Source: an uncultured Enterobacteriaceae bacterium
Lineage (GTDB): Bacteria; Pseudomonadota; Gammaproteobacteria; Burkholderiales; SG8-39
DNA length: 64,000 nucleotides
NCBI GenBank assembly: GCA_964576525.1
Contig: CAZNVH010000002.1
Span: 4,121-68,120, forward strand
Direction: 5' to 3'
In this document: positions 27,673 through 38,312 of the stretch, piece after piece
Layout of the letters: each line of letters opens with the position of its first letter
Position numbering within the stretch: the stretch's first letter is position 1
The notes under the pieces: generated by a model
Seen by the model: only the letters and a program-made list of their open reading frames with translations
Told to the model about the DNA's origin: nothing
Databases searched by the model: none
Position numbers and translations under genes: made by a program

Positions 27673-30150
27673 ATGGCTGGATTCGCGCTCGGCGTCATCG
27701 CCGTCTTCCTGATCTTCGGCTACTTCGGCCTGCCGATCGCCTGGTGGACCCTCGCCGCGGCGCTGCTGACGTGGTACCTCAGCGTCATCGCAGGCCTTGG
27801 GTTTGCAACGAATGCGGTGTTCGGAATTGCCTTCCTGGCCATTGCTGCGGTTCTCAATATTCCAGCCCTGCGCAGAAAAGTCGTTTCGGATCACATCCTC
27901 GCCCTCTACCGCAAGATCCTGCCGGACATGTCGCAGACCGAGAAGGAGGCGATCGACGCCGGCACCGTGTGGTTCGACGCGGATCTGTTCTCGGGCAAGC
28001 CCGACTGGGACAAGCTGCTGGCGACGCCCGCGCCGCGCCTGTCGGCCGAGGAGCAGGCGTTCCTCGACGGCCCGGTCGAGGAGCTGTGCGCGATGTGCAA
28101 CGACTGGGAGATCACCCACGAGCGCCAGGACCTGCCGCCGCGCGTGTGGCAGTTCGCCAAGGACAAGGGCTTCCTCGGCATGATCATCCCGAAGAAGTAC
28201 GGCGGCCTCGGCTTCAGCGCGCTGGCGCATTCGGCGGTGGTGATGAAGCTCTCGACCCGCTCGGCGACCGCGGCGATCTCGGTGATGGTGCCGAACTCGC
28301 TCGGGCCGGGCGAGCTGCTGCTGCACTACGGCACCGAGGCGCAGAAGGACCACTACCTGCCGCGCCTCGCCAAGGGCCAGGAGGTCCCCTGCTTCGCGCT
28401 GACCAGCCCCGAGGCCGGCTCGGACGCCGCCGCGATCCCCGACTACGGCATCGTCTGCAAGGGCGTGTGGCAGGGCAAGGAAGTGCTCGGCATGCGCGTC
28501 ACCTGGGACAAGCGCTACATCACCCTCGGCCCGGTGGCGACGCTGCTGGGTTTGGCTTTCCGCCTTTACGATCCTGAAAAAATCATTTCTGAAAAAACGG
28601 ATCTGGGCATTACCTGCGCCCTGGTGCCGACCAACACGCCCGGCGTCAACATCGGCCGGCGCCACCTGCCGCTCAACACCGCGTTCCAGAACGGGCCGAA
28701 CTCGGGCAAGGACGTGTTCATGCCGCTCGACTGGATCATCGGCGGCGCCGAGTACGCGGGCAAGGGCTGGATGATGCTGATGGGCTGCCTCGCGGCGGGC
28801 CGCGCCATCTCGCTGCCGACCTCCTCCACCGGCGGGGTCAAGGCGCTGACGCGCTTCACCGGCGCGTACGCGCGCGTGCGCAGCCAGTTCAAGACGCCGA
28901 TCGGCAAGCTCGAAGGCGTCGAGGAAGCGCTTGGCCGCATCGCCGCGAACTGCTACGTGATGGACGCGACGCGCGTCATGACCGCCGGCGCGGTCGACCT
29001 GGGCGAGAAGCCCGCGGTGCTCTCGGCGATCGCCAAGTACCACATGACCGAGCGAGCGCGCCAGTGCGTCAACGACGCCATGGACATCCACGGCGGCAAG
29101 GGCATCTGCCTCGGGCCGAACAACTGGCTCGGGCGCGGCTACCAGATCGCCCCGGTGGCGATCACGGTCGAGGGCGCCAACATCCTGACGCGCACGCTGA
29201 TCATCTTCGGCCAGGGCGCGATCCGCTGCCATCCCTACGTGCTGCGCGAGATGCGCGCCGCCAAGGAAATGAGCGGCGCCGAAGCTTCACGCGAGTTCGA
29301 CGACGCCTTTACTTCGCACGTCGGCCACGTGCTGCGCAACGGCGTGCGCACCTTCGTGCACGGCATCACCAGCTCGCGCCTCGGCCATATCCCACGTAAC
29401 TGCGCCGCCGAGATGAGGCATTACTACCGCTTCACCTCGCGCCTGTCGGCGGCCTTCGCCTTCCTCGCCGACATGTCGATGCTGGCGATGGGCGGGGCGC
29501 TCAAGCGCAAGGAGAAAATCTCCGGGCGCCTCGGCGACGTGCTGTCCATGCTGTACCTGGTTTCGGCGACGCTCAAGCGCTACGAGGACCAGGGGCGCAT
29601 CCGCGAAGACCTGCCGCTGATCCGCTGGGCGGTGCGCGACGCGCTCTACACCGCGCAGGAGGCGATCGACGGCATCCTGTCGAACTTCCCGGTGAAATCG
29701 CTGGCGACGCTGCTGCGCTGGACCATCTTCCCGCTCGGCATGTCGTTCCGCCCGCCGCTCGACTCGCGCAACCACGAGTGCGCGGCGATCGCGCTCTCGC
29801 CGGGCGCGGCGCGCGACCGGCTGACCGCCGGCATGTACTTCCCGAAAGGCGAGGCCGACGCCACCGGCCAGCTCGAAGCCGCGTTCCTCGCCACCGTCGC
29901 CTGCGAGCCGATCGACGAGAAGCTGCGCAAGGCGGTGAAGAAGGGCAAGATCGTGCCGCGGCCCGGGGTGGACCTTGGTTCTCTTGCCAGAGAAAAGGAC
30001 CTGATCTCGGCGGAGGAGCTTGCGCAGTGGAGCCGCAAGGAGGCGCTGCGCAAGGGCGTGATCAAGGTGGACGACTTCCCGAAGGACTTCGGCCGCGCCG
30101 AGCTCGCGCGCAGCGCCGAGGAAACCACCGTCACCATGAAGGCGGCCTGA
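27673..30150 (+). CDS. fadE: large acyl-CoA dehydrogenase (FadE type)
   Basis: 825 aa. N-terminal TM segments plus an ACAD core, the same architecture as E. coli FadE. Confidence 0.9.
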   Translation: MAGFALGVIAVFLIFGYFGLPIAWWTLAAALLTWYLSVIAGLGFATNAVFGIAFLAIAAVLNIPALRRKVVSDHILALYRKILPDMSQTEKEAIDAGTVWFDADLFSGKPDWDKLLATPAPRLSAEEQAFLDGPVEELCAMCNDWEITHERQDLPPRVWQFAKDKGFLGMIIPKKYGGLGFSALAHSAVVMKLSTRSATAAISVMVPNSLGPGELLLHYGTEAQKDHYLPRLAKGQEVPCFALTSPEAGSDAAAIPDYGIVCKGVWQGKEVLGMRVTWDKRYITLGPVATLLGLAFRLYDPEKIISEKTDLGITCALVPTNTPGVNIGRRHLPLNTAFQNGPNSGKDVFMPLDWIIGGAEYAGKGWMMLMGCLAAGRAISLPTSSTGGVKALTRFTGAYARVRSQFKTPIGKLEGVEEALGRIAANCYVMDATRVMTAGAVDLGEKPAVLSAIAKYHMTERARQCVNDAMDIHGGKGICLGPNNWLGRGYQIAPVAITVEGANILTRTLIIFGQGAIRCHPYVLREMRAAKEMSGAEASREFDDAFTSHVGHVLRNGVRTFVHGITSSRLGHIPRNCAAEMRHYYRFTSRLSAAFAFLADMSMLAMGGALKRKEKISGRLGDVLSMLYLVSATLKRYEDQGRIREDLPLIRWAVRDALYTAQEAIDGILSNFPVKSLATLLRWTIFPLGMSFRPPLDSRNHECAAIALSPGAARDRLTAGMYFPKGEADATGQLEAAFLATVACEPIDEKLRKAVKKGKIVPRPGVDLGSLAREKDLISAEELAQWSRKEALRKGVIKVDDFPKDFGRAELARSAEETTVTMKAA

Positions 30151-30151
30151 G

Positions 30152-31450
30152 ATGCTCGCCCAGCCGGTCTACGTCGTCGACGGCGCGCGCACGCCCTTCC
30201 TCAAATCGAAGAACCGCCCCGGCCCGTTCGCGGCGAGCGACCTCGCCACCCAGGCCGGGCGCACGCTGCTCGCGCGGCAGAAGTTCGCGCCGGATGAGCT
30301 GGACGAAGTGATCCTGGGCTGCGCGGCGCCTTCGGTGGACGAGGTCAACATCGGCCGCGTCGCCGCGCTGCGCATGGGCTGCGGCCAGAAAGTCCCGGGC
30401 TGGACCGTGATGCGCAACTGCGCCTCCGGCATGCAGGCGCTCGACTCGGGCGTCAGCAACGTCCTCGCCGGCCGCTCGCACCTGGTGCTCGCCGGCGGCG
30501 TGGACGCGCTGTCGCGCGCGCCGCTGCTCTACAACGACAAGATGGTGAACTGGTTCTCCGACATGGCCGGCGCCAGAACCACCGGGCAAAGATTGTCTTT
30601 GTTTTCTCGTTTACCTATTAAATCTCTCTTGGCCCCTGTGATCGGCATCATGAAGGGGCTCACCGACCCGATGGTCGGGCTGCTGATGGGGCAAACCGCG
30701 GAGAACCTGGCGCACCGCTTCGGCATCACGCGCGAGCAGATGGACGCGTTCTCGGTGCGCTCGCATGAACGCGTCATCAAAGGCCAGGACGAAGGCCGCC
30801 TCGCGCCCGGCGGCGGCGAGGTCGAGGCGCTCTACGATGCCAAGGGCAATACCTACATCCTCGACGACGGCGTGCGGCGCGACGCCTCGCTGCCCAACCT
30901 GGCAAAGCTCAAGCCGTTCTTCGACCGCAAATACGGCAACGTCACCCCCGGCAACAGCTCGCAGATCACCGACGGCGCCGCCTGGCTGGTCCTCGCCTCG
31001 GAACAGGCTGTCAAGAAATTCAATTTGTCCCCCATCGGAAAAATCCTGGATTCCGAGTGGGCGGGGCTCGACCCGGCGCAGATGGGCCTCGGCCCGGTGC
31101 ACGCCGCGACGCCGATCCTGAAGCGCAACAATCTGGGCCTGAACGACCTCGACTACTGGGAGATCAACGAGGCCTTCGCGGCGCAGGTGCTCGGCTGCCT
31201 CGCGGCGTGGAAGGACGAGAAGTACTGCCGGGAAGAACTCGATCTTGAAAAGGCCATGGGAGAAATCAACCCCGACAAGCTCAATGTGGATGGCGGCGCC
31301 ATCGCGCTCGGCCACCCGGTGGGTGCGTCAGGCGCGCGAATCGTTCTGCATCTGCTGAAGACACTGAAACGCAACAACGCGAAGCGCGGCATGGCGTCGA
31401 TCTGCATCGGCGGCGGGCTGGGCGGCGCGATGCTGGTCGAAGCGCTGTAG
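30152..31450 (+). CDS. acetyl-CoA C-acyltransferase (thiolase)
   Basis: 432 aa. Active-site Cys context VMRNCASGMQAL and C-terminal NVDGGAIALGHPVGASG...CIGGG. Confidence 0.9.
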   Translation: MLAQPVYVVDGARTPFLKSKNRPGPFAASDLATQAGRTLLARQKFAPDELDEVILGCAAPSVDEVNIGRVAALRMGCGQKVPGWTVMRNCASGMQALDSGVSNVLAGRSHLVLAGGVDALSRAPLLYNDKMVNWFSDMAGARTTGQRLSLFSRLPIKSLLAPVIGIMKGLTDPMVGLLMGQTAENLAHRFGITREQMDAFSVRSHERVIKGQDEGRLAPGGGEVEALYDAKGNTYILDDGVRRDASLPNLAKLKPFFDRKYGNVTPGNSSQITDGAAWLVLASEQAVKKFNLSPIGKILDSEWAGLDPAQMGLGPVHAATPILKRNNLGLNDLDYWEINEAFAAQVLGCLAAWKDEKYCREELDLEKAMGEINPDKLNVDGGAIALGHPVGASGARIVLHLLKTLKRNNAKRGMASICIGGGLGGAMLVEAL

Positions 31451-31454
31451 CACC

Positions 31455-33383
31455 ATGGCCAAGCATTTCCGCTGGGAGACCGACCGCGACGGCCTGGCCT
31501 GGCTGACCTTCGACAAGCAGGGCGAATCGGCCAACACCTTCTCGCGGCAGGCGCTGGAAGAACTTTCTTCGGTTTTAAAAGAAATAGAAGCCACCTCTCC
31601 CAAGGGCCTGATCATCCGCTCGGCGAAGGACGGCTTCATCGCCGGCGCCGACGTCGAGGAGTTCACGCGCTTCAAGTCAGGCGCCGAGGCGCTGTCGTTC
31701 GTCAAGCTGGGCTGGGACGTGTTCCAGCAGCTGCGCGAGCTGCCGTTCCCGACCACCGCGATGGTCAACGGCTTCTGCATGGGCGGCGGCGTCGAGCTGG
31801 CGCTCGCCTGCCGCTACCGCGTGGCGCTCGACGACAAGGCGCGCTTCGCGCTGCCCGAGGTGATGCTCGGCATCATGCCGGCCTGGCACGGCGTGCAGTG
31901 GCTGCCGAAGCTGGTCGGCCCGGGCGCCGCGCTCGACCTGCTGTTGACGGGGAAGTCGGTCGACGCGCGCCGCGCCAAGCGCATGGGACTGGTCGACCAG
32001 TCGGTGCCGCTACGGATTCTCGAAAATACGGCCCGCATCGTCACCTTGGAAGCTCCGAAGAAAAAAGAACTGAGCTTGATGAACAAACTGCTCCTGGGGC
32101 CGCTGCGTAGCATCGTGGTGTCCCAGGCCAGGAAGCAGGTGGCGCGCAAGGCGAAGCGCGAGCACTACCCGGCGCCTTACGCCATCCTCGAGCTGTGGCG
32201 CAAGTACGACGGCGATCCGTTCGCCGCCGCGAACGACCCGTCGTGCTCGATCGAGACACTGTTCGGCCATCCGACGACCGCCAACCTGATCCGCATTTTC
32301 TTCCTGCAAGAGCGCCTCAAGGCGGTGGCCAAGGGCGTGCAGTTCGCGGCGCGCCGCGTGCACGTGGTCGGCGCCGGCGTGATGGGCGGCGACATCGCCG
32401 CGATCTGCGCGATGCGCGGCCTGACGGTGACGCTGCAGGACACCTCGCCCGAGCGCCTCGCGCCGGCGGTGAAGCGCGCCGCCGAGCTGTTCAAGCGGCG
32501 GCTGCGCGATCCGCGGCGCGAGCGCGACGCGCTCGACCGGCTGATCCCGGATGTGAGCGGCAGCGGCGCGCAGCACGCCGACGTGCTGATCGAGGCGATT
32601 TTCGAGAACCTGGAAGCCAAGCGCTCGCTGTTCGTGAAGCTCGAGTCGCTGGCGAAGCCCGGCGCCATCCTCGCCACCAACACCTCCAGCCTCAAGCTCG
32701 CCGACATCGCCACCGCCCTCAAGGACCCGTCGCGGCTCGTCGGCATCCACTTCTTCAACCCGGTGCCCGTGCTGCAACTTGTAGAAGTTGTTTTTTCAAG
32801 TTCAACCAATACTGAAATGTCGAAGAAGGCGGCGGCGTTCGTGCGCCAGATCGACAAGCTGCCGCTGCCGGTGAAGGACTCGCCCGGCTTCCTGGTGAAC
32901 AGGGTGCTCGGCCCCTATATGCAAAACGCGTTTCAGATGATTGATGAAGGTGCGAAACCCGAGACGCTGGATCGCGCAATGGAGGACTTCGGCATGCCGA
33001 TGGGCCCGGCCGAGCTCGCCGACACGGTCGGGCTGGACATCTGCCTTGCCGCCGGCACGGCGCTGGCGAAAGGCGCCACCTCGGTGCCCGAGGTGCTGGC
33101 GAACAAGGTGGCCCTCGGCCATCTCGGCAAGAAAACCGGCCAGGGCATCTACCGCTACGAGGAGGGCAAGCGCGGCAGCCGGCCGGTCAAGGGCCAGCCC
33201 GACGCCTGCGACCAGGCGCTGGTCGACGCGCTGATCGAGCCCTATTTGCACGAGGCGCAGGCGGTGCTCGGCGAAGGCATCGTCGCCGACGCCGACCTGA
33301 TCGACGCCGGCCTGATCTTCGGCACCGGCTTCGCGCCGTTCCGCGGCGGGCCCCTGCACTATCTCCAGTCGAGTAAGAAGTAG
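31455..33383 (+). CDS. fused enoyl-CoA hydratase / 3-hydroxyacyl-CoA dehydrogenase
   Basis: 642 aa. N-terminal crotonase fold (FIAGADVEEF, NGFCMGGGVELALAC) plus a HACD Rossmann domain (VVGAGVMGGDIA). Confidence 0.9.
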   Translation: MAKHFRWETDRDGLAWLTFDKQGESANTFSRQALEELSSVLKEIEATSPKGLIIRSAKDGFIAGADVEEFTRFKSGAEALSFVKLGWDVFQQLRELPFPTTAMVNGFCMGGGVELALACRYRVALDDKARFALPEVMLGIMPAWHGVQWLPKLVGPGAALDLLLTGKSVDARRAKRMGLVDQSVPLRILENTARIVTLEAPKKKELSLMNKLLLGPLRSIVVSQARKQVARKAKREHYPAPYAILELWRKYDGDPFAAANDPSCSIETLFGHPTTANLIRIFFLQERLKAVAKGVQFAARRVHVVGAGVMGGDIAAICAMRGLTVTLQDTSPERLAPAVKRAAELFKRRLRDPRRERDALDRLIPDVSGSGAQHADVLIEAIFENLEAKRSLFVKLESLAKPGAILATNTSSLKLADIATALKDPSRLVGIHFFNPVPVLQLVEVVFSSSTNTEMSKKAAAFVRQIDKLPLPVKDSPGFLVNRVLGPYMQNAFQMIDEGAKPETLDRAMEDFGMPMGPAELADTVGLDICLAAGTALAKGATSVPEVLANKVALGHLGKKTGQGIYRYEEGKRGSRPVKGQPDACDQALVDALIEPYLHEAQAVLGEGIVADADLIDAGLIFGTGFAPFRGGPLHYLQSSKK

Positions 33384-33390
33384 GAGAAAA

Positions 33391-33780
33391 GTGGACGACC
33401 AGCTCCCGCAAGGCAGGATCCCGGCATTGCGGGTGATGCCGATGCCGGCCGACGCCAACCAGAACGGCGACATCTTCGGCGGCTGGATCATGGCGCAGGT
33501 CGACATCGCCGGCGGCACGCTCGCCGGCCGCGTGGCGCGCGGCCGCGTCGCCACCGTGGCGGTCAAGGAGTTCGTGTTCAAGCAGCCGGTGCAGGTCGGC
33601 GACCTGCTGTCGTTCTACGTCGACCTGGTGAAGACCGGCACCACTTCGATCACGGTGAACGTCGCGGTGTATGCCGAGCGCCGGCCCGCCGATCCCAAGG
33701 TCGTCAAGGTGACCGAGGCGACGCTGACTTACGTCGCGATCGACCGCGACGGGCGTCCGCGCCCGGTGCCGCCCGCCTAG
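33391..33780 (+). CDS. acyl-CoA thioesterase (hotdog fold, YciA-like)
   Basis: 129 aa, GTG start. ANQNGDIFGGWIMAQVD is typical of YciA-type thioesterases. Confidence 0.85.
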   Translation: MDDQLPQGRIPALRVMPMPADANQNGDIFGGWIMAQVDIAGGTLAGRVARGRVATVAVKEFVFKQPVQVGDLLSFYVDLVKTGTTSITVNVAVYAERRPADPKVVKVTEATLTYVAIDRDGRPRPVPPA

Positions 33781-33781
33781 A

Positions 33782-34519
33782 TTGCTGCTCGACGCGCCGA
33801 CGCTCGCGGCGATCGCCGCGCTCGCGGTGGTCGCCGCCGTGGTGAGCGGCATGAGCGGCTTCGGCACCGGCGTGATCCTCGCCGCGGCGCTGGTGCCGCT
33901 GATCGGCGTCAAGGCGGTGATCCCGGTGCTGGCCGTCGCCGGCATCATCATCAACGGCGGGCGCTTCTGGTTCTACCGCAGACACCTCGACCGGCGCGCG
34001 TTCGCGCTGGTGTTCGTCGCCGCGCTGCCCTTCCTGGTGCTCGGCACCTGGCTCTACAGCGTGCTCGACGTGCGCGCGCTCGGCACCGTGCTCGGCCTCG
34101 CGGTGATCTCGTCGGTGCCCCTGAGGAGGGTTTTACATTCGAAACAAATAACTTTAAAACCTGTAGGGCTCGCGGTCGGCTCGGGCGTGTTCGGCTTCGC
34201 CATGGGCATCGCCACCGGCTCGGGCGTGATCCTGGTGTCGCTGCTGCTCGGCGCCGGGCTTGCTACCCCGGCGGTGCTCGCCACCGACGCGCTGGTCTCG
34301 ATCCTCCTCGACATCTGCAAGGCGGCGCTGTTCCAGCGCTTCGACCTGCTCAACGCCGAGGCCTTCTTCACCGGCGTGGTGATCGGCATCGCCACCATTC
34401 CGGGCAGCGCGATCGCCGCCTGGCTGGTCGGCCGCCTCGGCGCGCGGCTGCACATCCTGTTCATGGAGGTGCTGGTCCTGGTTGGCGGCGCCTCGATGCT
34501 GTGGCACGCCTGGAAATGA
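33782..34519 (+). CDS. TauE/SafE-family anion exporter membrane protein
   Basis: 245-aa polytopic ORF (TTG start) with GMSGFGTGVIL-type repeats. Confidence 0.8.
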   Translation: MLLDAPTLAAIAALAVVAAVVSGMSGFGTGVILAAALVPLIGVKAVIPVLAVAGIIINGGRFWFYRRHLDRRAFALVFVAALPFLVLGTWLYSVLDVRALGTVLGLAVISSVPLRRVLHSKQITLKPVGLAVGSGVFGFAMGIATGSGVILVSLLLGAGLATPAVLATDALVSILLDICKAALFQRFDLLNAEAFFTGVVIGIATIPGSAIAAWLVGRLGARLHILFMEVLVLVGGASMLWHAWK

Positions 34520-34529
34520 CGGAGAGCGC

Positions 34530-35363
34530 ATGAAAGAGCTGAACGGCAAGGTGGCGGCGGTCACCGGTGCGGCGAGCGGTCTCGGCCGCTCGATGGCGCT
34601 CGCCTTCGCCGCCGAGGGCATGCACGTCGCGCTGGCGGACGTGGATGAAACGAGCCTGTCGTCGGTCCAGGAGGAGGTCCTGGCGAAAGGCGTGCGCGCG
34701 ATTTCGCTCAAGGTGGACGTCTCGCACGCGGAGCAGGTCGAGGCCTTCTGCGACCACACGCTGGCGCGGCTGGGCGGCGTCCACGTCGTGTGCAACAACG
34801 CCGGCGTGTCGCCGCTCGGCGCGGTGTGGGAGGCGAGCCTCGCCGACTGGCAGTGGATCCTCGGCGTCAACCTGTGGGGCGTGATCCACGGCGTGCGCGC
34901 CTTCGCGCCGCGCCTCATCGCGCAGAACGAGGGCCACATCGTGAACACCGCCTCGGTGGCGGGGCTGATCTCGCCGCCCGGATCGGGCGCCTACAACGTC
35001 ACCAAGCACGCCGTGGTCACGCTGTCGGAGTCGCTGCTGCACGACCTGCGCAGCCGCGGCTCGGCGGTCGGCGTGTCCGCGCTGTGCCCGGCGTACGTGC
35101 CGACGCGCATCAGCGAATCCGAGCGCAACCGGCCGCACGCGTCTTCCCCGAAATCGGATGAGACCCTGGCGCGCGAGGCCATGCTGAAGAAGGCCGTCGC
35201 CTCCGGGAAGGTCTCCGCCGACCAGGTGGCCCAGGCCGTGGTCGCGGCGGTGAAGGAGAACCGCTTCTACATCCTCACGCACCCGCGCATCAAGGGCGCG
35301 ATCCGCGCCCGCATGGAGGACGTCCTCGAGGAGCGCGCGCCGCGCGATCCGCTGCAGCTCTAG
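34530..35363 (+). CDS. SDR-family oxidoreductase
   Basis: Start MKELNGKVAAVTGAASGLG. Has NNAG and YNVTK motifs. Confidence 0.88.
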   Translation: MKELNGKVAAVTGAASGLGRSMALAFAAEGMHVALADVDETSLSSVQEEVLAKGVRAISLKVDVSHAEQVEAFCDHTLARLGGVHVVCNNAGVSPLGAVWEASLADWQWILGVNLWGVIHGVRAFAPRLIAQNEGHIVNTASVAGLISPPGSGAYNVTKHAVVTLSESLLHDLRSRGSAVGVSALCPAYVPTRISESERNRPHASSPKSDETLAREAMLKKAVASGKVSADQVAQAVVAAVKENRFYILTHPRIKGAIRARMEDVLEERAPRDPLQL

Positions 35364-35989
35364 GCCAGGCCGGGAAACAGCTCCTTCAATCCCTCGGCCA
35401 TCGTCTGGATGGCGAGCGCCGCGAGCAGCAGGCCGAGCAGCCGCGTCGCGACATTGAGCCCGGTGGTGCCGAGCCGGCCGCCGATCGCGTTGGCGCCGCG
35501 CAGCACGACCCAGGTCAGCAGGCTGACCAGAGCGATGCAGGCGATGACCGCCGCCAGGTGGGCCGCGCCGCCCTTCTGCGCCGCGATCACCGTGGTGCTG
35601 ATCGCCCCCGGCCCCGCGAGAAGCGGCACCGCCAGCGGCACCACGCCCTGCAGCTCGCCGCTTTCGAGCTCCGCCGCCTCTTCCCGCGACTGGCGCAAGC
35701 CGCCCGCGCGGGCGTTGAGCATCGCCAGCGCCATCAGCAGCAGCACCAGGCCGCCGCCGACGCGGAACGCCGCCAGGCTCGCGCCGATCAGCGTGAGGAT
35801 CGACTCGCCGAGCAGCGCGGAGGCGGCGAGCACCGCGAACACCGTGATGGCGACGACGCGCACCAGCGCGGCGCGCGCCTCGGCGCTGCGCGAGGCGGTG
35901 AGCGCGAGGAAGATCGGGACGGCGAGAAACGGGTCGAGCACCGCGGTCAGCGTTACCAGGAACCGCAGGTACTCCTGGACAGCGCTCAC
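35360..35989 (-). CDS. MarC-family (UPF0056) integral membrane protein
   Basis: 209-aa polytopic ORF. The start FLVTLTAVLDPFLAVPIFL is typical of MarC. Confidence 0.85.
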   Translation of the reverse strand: MSAVQEYLRFLVTLTAVLDPFLAVPIFLALTASRSAEARAALVRVVAITVFAVLAASALLGESILTLIGASLAAFRVGGGLVLLLMALAMLNARAGGLRQSREEAAELESGELQGVVPLAVPLLAGPGAISTTVIAAQKGGAAHLAAVIACIALVSLLTWVVLRGANAIGGRLGTTGLNVATRLLGLLLAALAIQTMAEGLKELFPGLA

Positions 35990-36639
35990 TTCTTCGCGGT
36001 CAGCGCGGCTTGCGCCGCCTTGCGGTCGTCGTTCACCTTGCGGAACGCGGGGCGCTCGCCGAGCATCTTCAGATAGGGCTTGAGCGGAGCGATGTCCTCG
36101 AGGGAGTCGCGGCCGAAAGCGTGCTTGGTCGCGAGCGAGACCAGGGGCAGGTGCACGAAGGCGGCGCAGTCGGCCAGCGTCAGCTCCTTCCCGGCGATGT
36201 ACGGATCGAACCGGGCGAGCGTCCTGAACGCGCGCACCCCCTTCGCCAGGTCCTTGCCGACCGCCTCCTTCACTTCCTCGGAAACCGGGCGCTTAAAGAA
36301 GACCTCACCGTAGAGCCGGCGCGCGACCAGCTCCACGTGCACCTCCATGACCGTGATCAGCTCGCGCACCTTGGCGCGCTCGAAGGGGTCGCGGGGCAGC
36401 AGCGGCTTTTGCGGGTAGGTCTCCTCCAGGTACTCGGAGATGACCTCGGACTCGGCGATGCGCCGGCCGCCGTCGAGCTCGAGAAACGGCACCTTGCCCA
36501 TCGGGCTGCGCGCCAGGAACTCGTCCTTCTGCGAAGGCGGGCAGCCCGGGTCGTCCTGGTGCTCGATGCCCTTTTCGAGCAGTGCAAGGCGCACCTTGTT
36601 GTGGTAATTACTGATGTGAAAGCCGCAGAGCTTTAGCAT
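35986..36639 (-). CDS. glutathione S-transferase family protein
   Basis: 217 aa. Thioredoxin-like N-domain (GKVPFLELDG, ESEVISEYL) plus a helical C-domain. Confidence 0.9.
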   Translation of the reverse strand: MLKLCGFHISNYHNKVRLALLEKGIEHQDDPGCPPSQKDEFLARSPMGKVPFLELDGGRRIAESEVISEYLEETYPQKPLLPRDPFERAKVRELITVMEVHVELVARRLYGEVFFKRPVSEEVKEAVGKDLAKGVRAFRTLARFDPYIAGKELTLADCAAFVHLPLVSLATKHAFGRDSLEDIAPLKPYLKMLGERPAFRKVNDDRKAAQAALTAKK

Positions 36640-36664
36640 GACGGCATTATAGGGAGGTCAGACC

Positions 36665-37051
36665 ATGTCCGATTCACCTTACCGTCCGCCGGCGGCCCCG
36701 GTGGGCGACCCCGCGAAAAGCGCGGGGGAACTGAAGCACTCGGGCCTGGGGATCGCTTCGTTCGTCATCAGTATCCTCTCGGGAATCCTGATGTTCTTGC
36801 TGTTCGCCATCGCCGGCGTCGTCGGGGCAACCACGCCGGGCGGGATGGACGAAAAATCCATGGTCGCGATCGTGATCGGCCTGTCCTTGTTCGCCGGCCT
36901 GTTCGTGGCGCTCCTCGCGCTGGGGCTCGGCATCGGCGGCCTGCTGCAGAAGGAACGGCGGAAGCTCTTCGCCATTCTCGGCACCGTGGCCTCGGCGGCG
37001 ACGATCCTCGGAGCGGTTGCGCTCCTGGCCCTCGGGCTGGCGATGAAATGA
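36665..37051 (+). CDS. small membrane protein, function unknown
   Basis: 128 aa with 3-4 predicted TM helices. Coding-like codon usage. Confidence 0.6.
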   Translation: MSDSPYRPPAAPVGDPAKSAGELKHSGLGIASFVISILSGILMFLLFAIAGVVGATTPGGMDEKSMVAIVIGLSLFAGLFVALLALGLGIGGLLQKERRKLFAILGTVASAATILGAVALLALGLAMK

Positions 37052-37061
37052 GCCGGGGAAG

Positions 37062-38312
37062 CTAGAACCGCTCGGCGCGGTAGGGCGCGGGATCGACGAA
37101 CGGCGTCTCGCCCGTCACCATTTCGGCGAGCAGGCGCCCGGTGACCGGGCCGAGCGTCAGGCCGTGGTGCGCGTGGCCGAAGCCGAACCACAGACCGGGG
37201 TGGCGCGGCGCGGCGCCGATCACCGGCATCATGTCCGTCGTGCAGGGGCGCGAGCCCATCCAGGCCTCGGTATCCAACCGCTCGGCGAGCGGGAACAGCT
37301 CGCGCGCGATCGGTTCGGCGCGGCCGAGCTGCACCGGCGTGCGGATCGCGTCGCGCAGGGCGAACTCGGCGCCGGTGGTCAGGCGGATGCCGCGGCGCAT
37401 CGGCGCGAGAAAATAGCCGCGCTCGGTATCGAGCATCGGGGTGTTCAGCACCGCGCGGCCGGCCGGCCGGTAGTGCATATGGTAGCCGCGCTTCACCGCG
37501 AGCGGCAGATCGTAGCCGAGCGCGCGCGTCACCACGTCGGCCCAGGGCCCGAGCGCAATCACCGCATCGCGCGCCGAGACAGAACCCTCCACCGTCCTTA
37601 CAACCCAGGAATTTTTTTCAGGTTCCAGGCTGGCGGCATTGCCCTGCACGAAACGCCCGCCGAGGCGCTCGAACAGCGCGAGGTAGGCGAGCGCCAGGCC
37701 CTGCGGGTCGGTGACGCTGACCGGGTCGGTCCAGTGCAGCGCGCCCTCCAGCACCGGCGCGACGTGAGGTTCTTTTTCCTGAAGTTGTTTTCGATCCAGA
37801 AGGGCAAAGTTGATTCCGAACTCGCCGCGCCAGCGCTCGGCTTCGGCAAAGCGCAGGTCGCGCTCGCGCGCGCTGCGGAACACCTTCATCCAGCCGCCGC
37901 GCCTGAGCAACCCGCCGGCGCCGGCCTGCGTAGCGAGCGCGTCGTGCTCCGCCACGCAATGCTCGATCAGCTTGGCGTACCAGCGCGCGATCTGCGCGTG
38001 CCGCGCCGGGCGCGATTGCTTCCAGTAGCGCCACAGGAACGGCGCGAGCCGCGGGATTGCCGACGGGTGGTAGTGCGCGTCGATGGTGCGGTTGAGGCTG
38101 TAGCGGAACAGCGCGCCGAAGTCGTGCGGGAAGCCGTACGGGTAGACGCCTTCGCGCTGGATCAGGCCGGCGTTGCCGTACGAGGTCTCTTCCGCCGGGC
38201 CGCGCCGGTCGACCAGCACGGTGGCGCGCCCGCGCTTCTGCAGGTGCAGCGCGACGCTGATCCCGACGATTCCCGCGCCGAGAACCAGCGCGTCAGCGGT
38301 GGCGCTTGGCAA
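37062..38312 (-). CDS. FAD-dependent oxidoreductase (DAO / D-amino-acid dehydrogenase family)
   Basis: N-terminal [17 protein letters not shown] dinucleotide-binding motif. 416 aa. Its start overlaps the ACAD stop by 20 nt. Confidence 0.88.
   Translation of the reverse strand: MPSATADALVLGAGIVGISVALHLQKRGRATVLVDRRGPAEETSYGNAGLIQREGVYPYGFPHDFGALFRYSLNRTIDAHYHPSAIPRLAPFLWRYWKQSRPARHAQIARWYAKLIEHCVAEHDALATQAGAGGLLRRGGWMKVFRSARERDLRFAEAERWRGEFGINFALLDRKQLQEKEPHVAPVLEGALHWTDPVSVTDPQGLALAYLALFERLGGRFVQGNAASLEPEKNSWVVRTVEGSVSARDAVIALGPWADVVTRALGYDLPLAVKRGYHMHYRPAGRAVLNTPMLDTERGYFLAPMRRGIRLTTGAEFALRDAIRTPVQLGRAEPIARELFPLAERLDTEAWMGSRPCTTDMMPVIGAAPRHPGLWFGFGHAHHGLTLGPVTGRLLAEMVTGETPFVDPAPYRAERF

Noticed and set aside
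33782-34519. Two TauE/SafE exporters (33782-34519 and 58704-59438) as evidence for a sulfonate or sulfite pathway.
   Set aside because: No sulfonate-degrading enzymes (Xsc, SuyAB, sulfolactate or sulfoacetaldehyde enzymes) were recognisable nearby. The family is broad, so the link is too speculative.
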